Positions 1-12,606 of a stretch of DNA of 64,000 nucleotides are shown one piece after another. Where the stretch lies: assembly GCA_025594325.1 (NCBI GenBank), contig JANHCV010000005.1:868001-932000 (forward strand), in the 5' to 3' direction. The stretch is from Blastocladiella emersonii ATCC 22665. Its lineage: Eukaryota; Fungi; Blastocladiomycota. Position 1 is the stretch's first letter. Every line of letters begins with the position of its first letter. Below the pieces are notes generated by a model, which was given only the letters and a program-made list of their open reading frames with translations, had not been told where the DNA came from and did not search any database. A program made the position numbers and the translations under genes.

Positions 1-19
1 GCAGAAGAGCAGCGAGTAC

Positions 20-406
20 CTTTTTGCCGACCTCGGGGATCAGGTACCCCAGGACGATAGCGCACACGACGCCGATGAGGAACCACTGGCGCAGGATCGC
101 GGCCTTGACGGCGCCGAGGACGGCCATGACGCCGCGCTTGGGCGGTGGCCGGCTCGCGGCCGAGCGCATCGACGCGGCGGCGCCGCCGTTCGGGGTATCA
201 GGTTTCCCATCAGCCGTCTCGCCGCCGGTGCCTGTCAGCGGCACGTCGTCGTCATCGTTGGCGGTGCGCGAGTCGCCGAGTTGGGACAGCTGCGGCACGG
301 GCGGGCTATGCGGGGCCACGGGCGTGCTCCCGCTGAACAGCACCACGTCGTCTTCGTGGGCCCGCCTTCCCGCGGCAGAGGCGGGCGGCGGTTGCGAGTG
401 GTTCAT
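20..406 (-). CDS. First exon of an SLC10A7/RCH1-like (SBF-like) bile acid:sodium symporter family membrane protein; the gene continues off the left edge
   Basis: My translation from ATG 406 gives a low-complexity N-terminus then ...AILRQWFLIGVVCAIVLGYLIPEVGKK, resembling the family N-terminal helix. A GTACTC donor follows at 19. The ORF is not in the track because it runs off the window. Confidence 0.65.
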
Positions 407-2188
407 GGGCGAGGCAGCAGCTGAAGATCAATCACGGTCGGTCGGTTGCAGGGAGTCGTGGGAGCTAAGGTTGCATGCATGCATGGGGCGCGTCCGCGGA
501 CAGGGCGATGAAGGAGAGGGGAGAGAGCGCGAACGACGCAGGGACATTTGAGCGGGAGGAGGGGGAGGGGCGGGGCGGGCGAGGCCGCGGGTGATCCCTG
601 CCGCCGATGTGGCGCGCGGCCCCGCTTGTTGAACCGCCTCTCTCCCTGACCGTGGCCGAGCTGTAATGAAGCGCTGCGATGAAGCCGGCCGCGAGAGATT
701 AAGCGGCGAGTGGAGTGGGAGCGGTCCCGGATCATCACGTAAGGGTCGGGCGGGGTCGGGCGGGGTCGGGCGGCAGCGGCCGAGTCCAAGTCAGAGCTCG
801 AGTCGGCGCGACGGGCGGATGAGCGCGTCGGCGTGGAGACAGCTGGGCGCCGTGACGCGTCTCCGTGGGAGCAGGGGGGCTAAGTCCCCCCTGGTGGGAG
901 GCAGGAGACACTTTTGGCGCGTCACCTGATATCTGACGCGTCTCGCAGCCCAAGTTGCAGCCTGTCTCGCAGCCTGTCTAGCAGCTCGCGTTGCTGGCTT
1001 GTCCGATGGTGGCCCTGTTCACTCATGGCTCGCTGCAACTGCAGCACCTAGCCGACAGAGTAGCAGGTGGTGCTGACCGAGCAGCGGTCGATGTCAGCAG
1101 AGTCGGAGGCGCGACCGACAGCCCGTAATACTCCGAGTCGCGCCTGGAGCGTGAGGGACGCGGCTGGCCGCAGCCGCACGCTGCACTCGGATCAAGAGCG
1201 GACAGGCGCTTTGAGCAGCTGACGATGACCTTCACATCTGAGCCTCAGCGACGCCCAATTGCTCCGACCAACGGCGCTCGCTGAGCGAGATCGACGCAGA
1301 GTGAGAACCTTCACCGCCCGTATCGACGTCGAGAGCGGCAGTTGAAACGAATGTCGCGCGTGAGCCGCTGTGATACGAGTCGGCCGTATCACCCGCTGAT
1401 CACCACCAAGCCTCGCTGCTGGCGTATCCGTCGCCGCGTGTCCACCACAATCGCACGCGACGGCATGACCAACGCGTGGCGAGCCTGATAGCCACTGCGA
1501 TTACATGCAGCCTGGGGCCAGATGGAAAGCGCCTCCCTCGCGACGTTTAGGGCAGGTCCTCATCGCCGCCGTCGCGTCGCGATGCGGGCCATGTAGGCCA
1601 TGCAGAGTGCGGACGGCGGCGACGACGACGTCACAGCGGCAGGGAGAGAGGAGGCGCAGCAGGTGGCACCTGCAGAGCGTGCAGGAAACGCGCCGCGCCT
1701 CACTTCGGAGCAGACCGGGTCCGTGTCTCCATCACCGCACGTGAAGGGCGCGTCCCGCTCGCCGCCGACGTCACCGCGCCGCGAACCCGCCGACTTCCAC
1801 GGCGATCGGCCGGCGCGTACGACGCGCGAAGAGGATCAGAAGATGGCCGAGGAGACGGTCAAGGGGTGGGAACCGAGGTGGGCGACACGGCGCGATGCGC
1901 GTGGTGAGGCAGCCGGGCCAATCTCGCTCGAGGGGGCAGGCGGGCGGGCGGGCAAGCGAGATCAGCGGCGGACGCGACGGGTGGGCGGCGCGGGCCATGT
2001 GCGTCAGAGTGAGGCAGGCGCGTCGAAGAACGCGCAGGAATGAGCGGCCCCAACAACGAGGTCGGGCGGAAAACAACCTTGTCTGACCGACGCGCTGGCC
2101 GGCAGGCAAGCCAGTTTGCTGCTGCACGCGCGTCGACCCGCTCCGAGCCCGCCCGCCCGCCTCTCCCCCCTCGCCGGCACCGGCGCCG

Positions 2189-2196
2189 TATAAATA
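2189..2196 (+). promoter_or_regulatory. TATA box upstream of GAPDH
   Basis: TATAAATA about 70 nt upstream of the GAPDH ATG, in otherwise very GC-rich DNA. Confidence 0.55.
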
Positions 2197-2267
2197 CCGG
2201 CCCGCCCCCCGCACCCGCTCCTCGCTCCCTCGTGTGTCTGCTAGCAGGTCCTACAATCATCATCAAC

Positions 2268-3866
<1,599 letters not shown>

Positions 3867-4627
3867 GTCGAGTGCAACCCGTCGCTGTCGCTGTCGTCGT
3901 TGCTCTGTGGCGTGAGCGAGAGTTCCCTTCGTGTGTGTTGTTCTGTGTTCGGTTCATGTGTGGCCGCGTCTCTTGATCGAGTTCGGTCGGTATATATCAT
4001 CTTCGAAAGGCATCCTGCTCGTGTGCGCGTCTCCTCCCTCATCGCCGTCGCTGGCCCGCGTCAGGCACCGACAGGACCTGGTCCAAAGCCTTGCACATTC
4101 AGCGTTCATCGGAACGAGTCGGCGATCCTCGCTCACTGTGCGGCACTCCGACGTACGCTTGGCTCCGTAGCCTTGGTGGTATTGAATGAGTGAGATGTGA
4201 CGTCACAAGTCGGCGATCAGCGCGTCGACACGAACACGTCAGTGAGACGCGTCGCGAAATCACGTTTTTGTCTCCACCTAGCTGTGAGACGCGTCGGACC
4301 TCGCAAAACTCGGTGCAATGTTCACCCCGACCCTAGAGTGCCGTTCATGTCGAACTTGAGACAAAGATGTCTGACTGGAACAGCAGTTTTATGTTCGACT
4401 CAATGCTTGTCTTGTCTATCGTCGAGTCTCGTGCCTTCCGCACAACGAGCTTGTCGCACAGCGAGCGATGCCTTCTCGAGCGAGGATCGCCGACTCGTCA
4501 CGGCTTTAGACGGGCGAAAAATGGGTGGCAGGTGAGATGGGTGAGATGTATGAGGTATGGCCGTACAGATGGTTGGTTGGGGTGATGAGGGGAGGATGAA
4601 TGCGGGGTGGTATGGGTTCACAGCAGC

Positions 4628-6330
4628 TTAGCGGCGCATGCGCTTGTTGGCCGAGGGGCGCGCGTCCTGGTTCTCCTTGCGCGACTGGGCCTGCTGCTTG
4701 TTGATTCGCGCTGCCGTTGGCGTCGGCGCCTTGGCGGGAGCGGCCGCGGTCGTGGTCGACGAGCTCGATGAGTTGAGGAGGCGACTGCGGATGCCGTGGC
4801 TGACGGTGGGTGGGTGACCGGGCAAAAGCGAGGGCGTAATGATCGGGTCGAGGTACTGCCGTGGCTGCGGCGGCGGCGGGGCGCACTTGGTGTTGATGTA
4901 GAGGGTGCCGGGCGGCGCGACCTTGGGCATCTGGGCCGTCTTGACGACGAGCTTGGGGATGGGCGGCGCGAGCTGCTTACCCGACTCGGCCTCGACGTCT
5001 TTAACCACGCCGCGGAAGCGGTCCATGGCGGGGAGGACATCGGCCTGGAGGTACCCGTGGCGTTTGAACTTGATCGCGGTCTGGACGCGCCGCACCTTGC
5101 AGCCGATACAGTCGCACAGCCGGTCGTACCGAGGACCCATGGCGCCGATGGCGGGCAGGTTCTTGGCGGCGAGGCGCGTCTTGCACTCGTTGATGAACTG
5201 GGCGGGCATCTTGGGCTCGGCCTCGAGCACGTCGAACTCGGCCTGGTCGTCGATCAGGACAAACTCGAACCCGAGGTACGTCACTTTTTCGCACTGCGTC
5301 ATCTCGTCGACCGTCATGGCGAAGCCGCACGCCGCCTCGGCCTCGGCAAACGACGCGTACTTGGCCATGAGGACGCGTCGCGTCGCGCGCGACCAGCGGA
5401 CGCCAAAGTTGCCGTACACGGCGAGCCGAGGCACGGGCGTGGCCAGCGGCGGCGGCGTCACCTCGGGGCGGGCCGTGTACAGCTCGAGGGCCTTTTCGGC
5501 CACGCACACGAGCGCCGCGTCGGACCCGAGCTCGGTGTCGAGCCGCGTCGTGAAGTTGGCCTCGAACAGGCGGTGGACGTGCGAGAGCAGGACCGGCAGC
5601 GGGATGCTGCGCTTGCGCGCGCTGCACAGCCAGCACGCGAATCGACACTCGGTCTCGAGGAAGCGGCCCTCGTCGACCGTCATGAACTTGGAGACGAGCG
5701 AGCAGCCGAGCTCAAAGCAATCGGCCATGAGCGCGTCCTTGGACCGGCCGCACATGAAGCACGACTCGTTCTTGTCAAGCGACGTGAACGCGAGAACGTG
5801 CGGCACCTTGTCGTCGTTGATGCGGTCGGCCGCGGTGGGCGGCGCGAGAAGCTGCTGCGGCTGCGGGTGCTTGGCGGCGATGAGCGACACGAGGCGCCAA
5901 AAGTACGGGGGCGACATGTTGCCCTTGACCATGGCGCAGCCCTCGCAGCACGCCACGCAGTTGGATGCAGAGTACCCGCTGCACGGCAGCACGCGGTCGA
6001 CGCCGTGGGAAGCGTTCTCGGGCGGCGCGGCGAGGCAGTAGAAACAGTCCTTGCCGTACAGCGCGGCGAGGCGCTCGAGGTGGGCGAGGATCACCGGGCG
6101 ATCACTGTGGATCAGCGTCGCGCGAAGCCACACGCACACGGCGTCCGCGTCGCCGCCGAGCATGCCGGATCCGCGCACGTCGTCGAGAGCGTCTACCGAG
6201 GTGAGGGATGTGTGAGCGTCCGGACGTGCTTCTGTGGGACGTCAACGCGAAGTGTACCACCGAGTGTGGCCTCGAAATCCTGCATGTGCTGCGGCTGCTG
6301 CTGGTGGTGGTGCGTCGGCTGCGACTCCAT
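4628..6330 (-). CDS. Protein with two HNH-like (His-Me finger) Zn modules plus a NUMOD1-like DNA-binding segment; 2 exons (6330-6258, 6192-4628)
   Basis: Module 1 is CFYC...GVDRVLPCSGYSASNCVACCEGCAMVKG; module 2 is CFMCG...CRFACWLCSARKR. KYASFAEAEAACGF...KVTYLGFEF resembles NUMOD1. A phase-1 intron (GTACAC..GCTCAC..TAG) joins an upstream ATG in frame. Confidence 0.72.
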
Positions 6331-6538
6331 GTTGTTTGCGTTAAGGGAGCGTGGGTTTGATACGTTGCTAGTCGGATCGACAGTGGCGAAAGGGGGCGAA
6401 GGGAGCATGCGGTCCCGCGCGCTTTTCAGGCGTGGGACGCGTCGCGTCATGGGAATCCCACCTTTTTCGCGTCACGCCGCATCGGCGGACCGCCGCTGTT
6501 GACGGCCCCTCTGCGAAGCAAACCTTCCGACTTGTGCC

Positions 6539-8053
6539 ATGAATTTCTATAGATCAACTTGCTGCATTGTGCCTTTGGGGTCGGCCCTGAGCTTTCTATC
6601 AGCACATTTCGCCTGCTTTCTTCAAACAGCTCGTGTCCGACTCGACTTGGGGCAGTTGCGCACCCGATACCTTCCAAGCCGCAGAGATGCGGGTAGCATG
6701 CTCCGCGCTCGGCAACGGTACGGTCTCACTTCGCGCCCGTCCCTGAGGGAGCGATCTAATCACGATTGTTCGACTTCTCAACCAGCCTCCTCTCCTCCTT
6801 CGCTACGAGCTTGCTTGACTCGTCCTACGGCTGGCGGACAAGACTATGACAATCGGCTGCGTCAACTTGCTGGTCGACTAAACAAAGCTCGCTCACTGGT
6901 CGTGCGACTAGACCGAATGGAAGTTTCCGCTCTTCTTCTTCGTCCAGTATTCGTTCACAACTGGCGCGATATGGGCTTGCCGCGTGACCAGGTCTCAGTA
7001 GAACCTTTCAATATCGCTGACGCAGCGAAACGTTCGGCATTTGTGCTACTGGCTTCTGTCACCTTCTCTGAGCTCCGTTGTCTCTACGAACAACGAGCTC
7101 AATCCATGATCCAGCGCGTGCACTGCTCTCCGACGCGTCGCCGCACCTGTAGGTGTTCCGCTTCTCCCCGCCGTCGCTTCGCAGCGGTTTCACGGTGTGG
7201 TGAATGGTCGTGCCGCGTGGTCCGGCGCGCGACGCGTCTCGCACTGTCTCGCACTGTCTCGCACTGGGTCACGTGGTCTCACCTACCCCGAACGCGTTCC
7301 CTTGCCTCGTCACCGCCGCCCGACGCGTCAACTCGGCCGCGGCCCTCGAACCGTCCTTTCTCCCCGCCTGCTCTCTACGAATCTCTTTTCGTGCAGCTCA
7401 GTCCGTGGCATCGGTCGGATCTCGATTGTTCACGCCTGTTCGTCGCTCAGATTCTGGACTAGACCTCTTGCAGTACCTTTCGATCCTCGGTCTCCCTCCA
7501 ACGGTTCTCGTGCCGCACTTGGATTTCGCTCCTCGCGGGTCAAAAGTCGAAAGGGATCGCGTTCCCCCTCGCCGCTGCGCTTTTTCTCAGCTGTAGCTTT
7601 AGCGAAGCTGAGTTTCTGTGGGAGCAATTGAAACCTATCAGGCACATCAACCTTGCTCTTGTGGTCACATGAGTGGCTCAGTGACCGTTTTCGATTTTCG
7701 TCGCGCGACGAGTCCCGTTGTTTTTCGCTTTCACTTCATTCCGACCCCTGCAACGTAAATCTGGACTGTGCTTTGCCTAGTCCCCAACAGTTCGAGGCTG
7801 TTCACTTCGAGGGGAGCGAGGTCCTGTGCAGCGGTTCCCGTGCGCAGGCGCGACGAGACGGACCTCGCTCGAAACTGACTGTTCAGCATCACGTGACCTG
7901 ACATCAATCCTGTCTGGCTGCATTTTCGCGCCCTCGGAAGCTCTCCCACTCCACGCCCGCTCGCTCGCGCTTGCCGCTGCTTGTCGACGCTCTTTGAGAC
8001 CTCCTGTGCTGACCAGCTCTTTACCCGCCACTCCTACCCCATGCAGCGCTTAA
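6539..8053 (+). pseudogene. Unidentified decayed coding region interrupted by an insertion and stop codons
   Basis: Protein-like frame (DYDNRLRQLAGRLNKARS...ELRCLYE|SLFVQLSPWH) that rejoins if 7091-7381 is removed; several stops downstream. No family recognised. Confidence 0.3.
7091..7371. mobile_element. 281-bp insertion flanked by a 10-bp direct repeat (putative TSD TCTCTACGAA)
   Basis: TCTCTACGAA occurs at 7081-7090 and 7372-7381. The first ~110 bp of the insert recur, diverged, at ~18717-18826. Confidence 0.5.
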
Positions 8054-8095
8054 TACTTCGCGATCCGGCGTCTGCCTGGCCGCCATGCCCCGCTC

Positions 8096-8674
8096 ATGGC
8101 CGCGTGCACCACCCGCTCGCCGACTTCCACCTCGGCGTCCGTCAACGCGCCGTCGGGCGGCACCACGTCGGGCAGCACCACGTCCGGCAGCGCCACGACG
8201 CCGTCGGGACCCGCGGCGTCGGCCGTCGTCCAGGAGCTCGACATCAACCTGCAGGAGTGGGACGACGTCGGCAGCGAGTCCGACATGACCGTGGTTCCCG
8301 CGTCGTCGTCCGCCGTGACCAAGAACAAGAACATCACCAAGATCGTCGTCGACTCGGAGGCCGATGAGGAGGTCGACGCCGACGAGGAGGAGAGCGAGTG
8401 CGAGTCGGGCCCGTCGTCGTCGTCAAGCCGCGCGCGCAAGATGGCCACCAAGGCCAAGGGCCGCGACAAGAACAAGACGGTCAAGACCCCGCCGGCCTCG
8501 CCCGCCAAGCGTACCCGCACGTCGGCCGTCAAGGGCAAGTCCGGCGCTGCCGTCCCTGCCGCCCAAGACGACGACGAGGCCGACGACGACGACTCGGCGA
8601 CCCCGCCGGCCTCGCCGACCAAGCGCGCGCGTCGCGGTCCCGCCAAGGGCAAGGGCAAGGACCGCTCGGCCTGA
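8096..8674 (+). CDS. Low-complexity acidic/basic protein or terminal exon with two TPPASPxKR motifs
   Basis: Host-like strongly C/G-ending codon usage, acidic tracts and basic NLS-like clusters. May be the surviving 3' part of the decayed gene upstream. Confidence 0.45.
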   Translation: MAACTTRSPTSTSASVNAPSGGTTSGSTTSGSATTPSGPAASAVVQELDINLQEWDDVGSESDMTVVPASSSAVTKNKNITKIVVDSEADEEVDADEEESECESGPSSSSSRARKMATKAKGRDKNKTVKTPPASPAKRTRTSAVKGKSGAAVPAAQDDDEADDDDSATPPASPTKRARRGPAKGKGKDRSA

Positions 8675-8829
8675 TCCTGATCCTGATCCTGTTCCTTCCT
8701 TCGTTTCTTTCGAAAATACTTCCGCTGTCTGATATATTCCAAACTCTTTTTCTTCCAACTGGTTACTACTCGAATTTGTGAGGTGCTCGTCGACTGGCGA
8801 GCTCAAAGAGTTTACCCCTGAACTCTGAG

Positions 8830-9095
8830 AACGCGTTTCAAAGACGCGTTGCGTCGGCGCTCGCGTTCGTGTTCTCACAACGATGACCCTGAACAAGGTC
8901 ATTGCCGACTTCGGCGACCCCAAGCTCCCGCATCGTTTTCCTGCCCGGTACCCGTACATGGTCCTCTCTCGAGCGCGCAGGACCGAGGACATCCTCATCA
9001 TCCGGTTCAACAGTTGGGTTCTCGTGCAGAAGGCATTACAGCACGTGGCGAAGGACATGGAGCGACTGTCCCTGCTGAGCAGGATTGAGAATTGA
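8830..9095 (+). pseudogene. PIF1-family / Helitron-type helicase C-terminal relic
   Basis: LAFVFSQ-[frameshift]-MTLNKVIADFG...YMVLSRARRTEDILII matches the SF1B pattern LAFA...KSQGxTLdKVxVD...YVALSR. N-terminal motifs are absent. Confidence 0.6.
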
Positions 9096-9354
9096 TAAAC
9101 TACATCACTTTCACCAACTGAAACAGTCTCAAGAAGCCAAGTAAAGCTACAGCTGAGACCCAAGTGTGTGCGCAGCACACACACCTAGTGGTCCCCTGTC
9201 TCGCTTTGCACCTCACCCAGGTGACCTGTCGGGACGACGTCACAAGTTGCCGTCTCATTCACAGATCCGGCTGTAGAGGGGTCTATTGGTGCCAAGAGCG
9301 GGTAGCTTATTGTTCCCGCTGATGAAATCGTTCGTTGTCTTGCGATCGACCTCA

Positions 9355-10000
9355 AACGCGTCGAACTCGGCCTGGTCATTGATCAGGAAAAACTCGTAGC
9401 CGAGAGGTACGTGACCTTGTTGCACTCCATGGCCTCATCGATCGTCATGGCGAAGGCGCACTCCTTGTCGGCCTCGACTAGCAGCGTGTACTTGGTCGCA
9501 AGAACTCACTGCGTGGCGCGCGATCAGCAAATGCCTCACGTGCCGTACACAGCGGTCCGAGGCGTTGACGTGGCCGGTGGCGACGGCATATTGGAGCAAG
9601 CCTTATAAAGCTCCGGCGCTCGCTCGGCGGAACAAACGAGCGCCGCGTCGGACCCGAGGTCAGCGTCGATCCGCGCCGTGAATTTGGCCTTAAACAGGCG
9701 GTGGACGTGCGCGACGAGGATCGGCAGCGAGATATCACGCTTGCGCGCCCTGCACAACAAGCACGTAAACCGGCAATCGGTCTCGCGGAAGCGGCCCTCC
9801 CCGAACGTCATGAACTTGGAGACGAGCTAGACACCAAGCGTGGAGCAGTCGGCCGTGAGCGCGACCTTGGTCCAGCCGCACAAGAAGCACTTCTCGTTCT
9901 CGTTGAGCGACGTGAACGCGAGAACGTCCGGCACTTTTTCGTTGATATGGTCGGCCGTAGTGGGCAATGAGAGGACCTGTTGCGGACGATGGTGCTTGCC
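9355..10000 (-). pseudogene. Decayed paralog of the HNH-like/NUMOD1-like gene at 4628-6330
   Basis: KVPDVLAFTSLNENEKCFLCG...LVSKFMTFGEGRFRETDCRFTCLLCRARKR...LGSDAALVC aligns with the intact copy. It has several in-frame stops and a frameshift. Confidence 0.88.
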
Positions 10001-10416
10001 GGCGATGGTGGATCCTCCACCGTCTTGAACTGCCGCAGCGAGGGTGCCTCTGCCGAATTGAGGAGTTGCGGTCGTCTTGGTAAGTTGATTGGCAGCGACG
10101 ACAGTTTTTATGGCGCTTGATTTGCTATCGTCTACAGTGTGCGACCTTGTGCTTTTGGAAACGTGACAGGCGGACGCGCCGAACATCTGCACGTGATTTG
10201 CCGTCACACAGCCTTCGGCTGGCACCGGCGCAGGGCTTTGCCCTCTCGCCCTTGCCCAGACTTGCGCCGCGCACGCTCTCGCACTCCCTGACCAAATCGT
10301 GCAACTCGCCCGCCTCCCGGCATGCATGCGGACGCTTGCCGACCCTGCGCTCCGGGCACGGTGATGTTCAGGTTGCGCATGATGGCGAGGTCGATGAAAA
10401 TTTTTTTTTAAGGCGG

Positions 10417-11310
10417 CCAGCGTCGCTTCGTCGAGTTGATTATCAGCGCCGCTTTGTTGGGTTGAAGTTCAACGTCGCCTTGTTGTGTTGATGACCAGCG
10501 TCGATTGATGACCAGCGTCGACTTGTCGGGTCAATGATCAGCGCCGCCTTGTTGGGTTGACGATGAGCATCGCCTTGTTGCGTTGATGTCCAGCGTCGCC
10601 TTGTTCAGTTGGAGTTCAGCGTCGTCTTGTTGCGTTGAAGTTCAGCGTCGCCTTGTTGCGTCGAAGCTCAGCGTCACCTCGTTGCGTTGACGACCAGCGT
10701 TGTTGCATTGACGACCAGCGTCACCTCGTTGCGTTGTGATCAGCGTCGCCTTGTTGGGTCGTGATCAACGTCGCCTTGTTGCATTAATGATCAGCGTCAG
10801 CTCGTTGTGTCGATGACTAGCGCCGCCTTGTTGCGTTGATGGCGAGCGTCGCCTTGTTGCGTCGATGACCAGCGTCGCCTTGTTGCGTTGATGACCAGCG
10901 TCGCCTTGTTGCGTCGATGACCAGCGTCACCTTGTTGCGTCGATGACCAGCGTCACCTCGTTGCGTCAATGACAAGCGCCGCTTTGGTGAGTTGTTGGTC
11001 AGCGTCGCCTCGTTGAGTTCAAGTCCAACGCGTCCTTGTTGAGTTCGTGATCAGCAGCGCCTCGTTGCGTCAATGACCAGCGTCGCCTCGTTGCGTTGCG
11101 TTGATGATCAGCGTTGCCTTATTGGGTTGACAATCAGCGCCGCGTTGTGTCTACGACCAGCGTCACCTTGTTGAGTTCGTAATCAGCGTCGCCTTGTTGA
11201 GTTCGTAATCAGCGTCGCCTTGTTGCGTTCATGATCAGCGTTGCCTCGTTGCTTTCATGATCAGCGTTGCCTCGTTGCGTTGATTGCCAGCGTCGCCTCG
11301 TTCCGTCGCT
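10417..11310. repeat. Minisatellite of roughly 34 diverged 26-bp units, consensus GATGACCAGCGTCGCCTTGTTGCGTT
   Basis: Unit starts at 10864, 10890 and 10916 give a period of 26. There are no unique spacers and no long ORF in the region. Confidence 0.95.
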
Positions 11311-11743
11311 GAGCGACGCCGCGCCACGCAACACTGATTGAAGAAGAGATCATGATCGAGTGCTGCGCTTGAGAGTCGACAAACAAACGAGTTGAGTTAG
11401 CTCAGACTACGCTGAAGTCGTCATAGCGAAACTATTGCGTTCCTGTCGAGATTCTGCCCCAACATATGGTTGCTCATCTCTATCGCGACACGATCAAGGC
11501 AAGGATCAGGGGCTGCGACTCAACTCAGCCGCGCTGCTGCTGCTGTTGCCGCATAACATGCTGCGCAGAGCGACAGTGACAAGGTAACACGTAAGGTGAA
11601 CCGCCAACTTGGCGCGGATGCGGCTAAAATCGCACAGCAACCAAGAAACGTCATTGACACATGAAGAAGCAACAACAGAGTACATATTTGTTGCGGGTTG
11701 ACTTTGATTCAGCGAGGGCGCGCGAGGGAGAAAGGGCGAGGGG

Positions 11744-11766
11744 ACGCGTTCAGCCACTCACGTGAC
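11744..11766 (+). promoter_or_regulatory. Composite ACGCGT + CACGTG motif, copy 1 (ACGCGTTCAGCCACTCACGTGAC)
   Basis: Near-identical copies at 12380-12404, 36828-36850 (reverse) and 54570-54592. Confidence 0.5.
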
Positions 11767-11937
11767 ATGATGAGGCAAGCCCAAATGTGACAATCAACGC
11801 CAGACCCGGTGGCGGAGCAGGTGGTGGAGGCACGGTTGCAGATGCGGTAGGCGGAGGTGCAGGACCAGAAGGCGAAAGCGACCTGGGTGCGACCGTTGAG
11901 GACAAGGTGTTTGAAGTAAGTGCAGCGCTTACATGCG

Positions 11938-12294
11938 CGTTGAACGGCGGCACGCGTGTTGAAAGTTCAGCGCGGTCGTTGGATCGTTGTTGATGAGGGC
12001 GAGGCGGAGAGCTGAGAGAGAGGACGGGTCGCGCAGATCTGCGGCGGACAGCGACAGCGACGCGAGCAGTCCATGGTATGCGTCAATCAGCTCATGGAGC
12101 TTCTTGCCGACGGGTTCAGGGGCGCGTGTATGAGCAGAATGCTGAGCGAGCCATGCGGCAGCGTGTCGAGCGGCAGCAGCGCGGTGGCCGTGCGACGCGA
12201 AGGTGGCGTAGTTGCTCGAGTCGGGGCAAAGCCAGTCGACGAGGCGGTCACACTCCTCCGCGGTCCACCTTGGCCGACTCTCGTGTTGCGGCAT
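11938..12294 (-). CDS. Myb/SANT-like domain exon
   Basis: MPQHESRPRWTAEECDRLVDWL...NY...R..EPVGKKLHELIDAY resembles Myb/SANT-like trihelix domains. It ends at a GTAAGC donor-like site; the downstream exon was not identified. Confidence 0.5.
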
Positions 12295-12379
12295 GTTACA
12301 GCCGCTCAAGCTTTCGTTTCGTGGAGGAGAAGTGGAGTGCGCAACGTCGCCCGAGCCAAAGTCGCGAGCAAGCCGCAAA

Positions 12380-12404
12380 ACGCGTTCAGCCACAGTCACG
12401 TGAC
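12380..12404 (+). promoter_or_regulatory. Composite ACGCGT + CACGTG motif, copy 2
   Basis: ACGCGTTCAGCCACAGTCACGTGAC, lying between the divergent Myb-like and F-box-like starts. Confidence 0.5.
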
Positions 12405-12483
12405 ATGTACGACTTGATGAAACCAAGTGAAATCCGCCAAAAGCACGTGACACAGACCGAGACTTTCGAAGGGGCCACCCAAT

Positions 12484-12523
12484 ATTTCAGGGCAAAGCCC
12501 TGCATTTCAGGGCAAAGCCCTGC
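12484..12523. repeat. Two tandem 20-bp repeats, each containing a perfect hairpin CAGGGC-AAA-GCCCTG
   Basis: ATTTCAGGGCAAAGCCCTGC occurs twice. An opposite-orientation copy (CAGGGCTTTGCCCT) lies at 10231-10244. Confidence 0.85.
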
Positions 12524-12606
12524 ATGCTCGCTGACCAAATCCGGTGGGTGCGTCAGCGCACTCTGCGGCGCACGGACAGGCCAGCTTCCCCTCTGATTCG
12601 CAGCCC

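Noticed and set aside
4796-6502. Long antisense/shadow ORFs (also 20712-23078, 25820-27133, 28070-29644, 45021-46367, 47172-48717, 49861-51525, 62780-63823)
   Set aside because: They overlap recognisable genes on the opposite strand or in another frame. This is an expected by-product of very high GC3, and they show no motifs.
10417-11310. CRISPR array or telomeric repeat interpretation of the 26-bp array
   Set aside because: The units are contiguous with no unique spacers, there are no cas genes, the context is eukaryotic, and the array is internal and degenerate.
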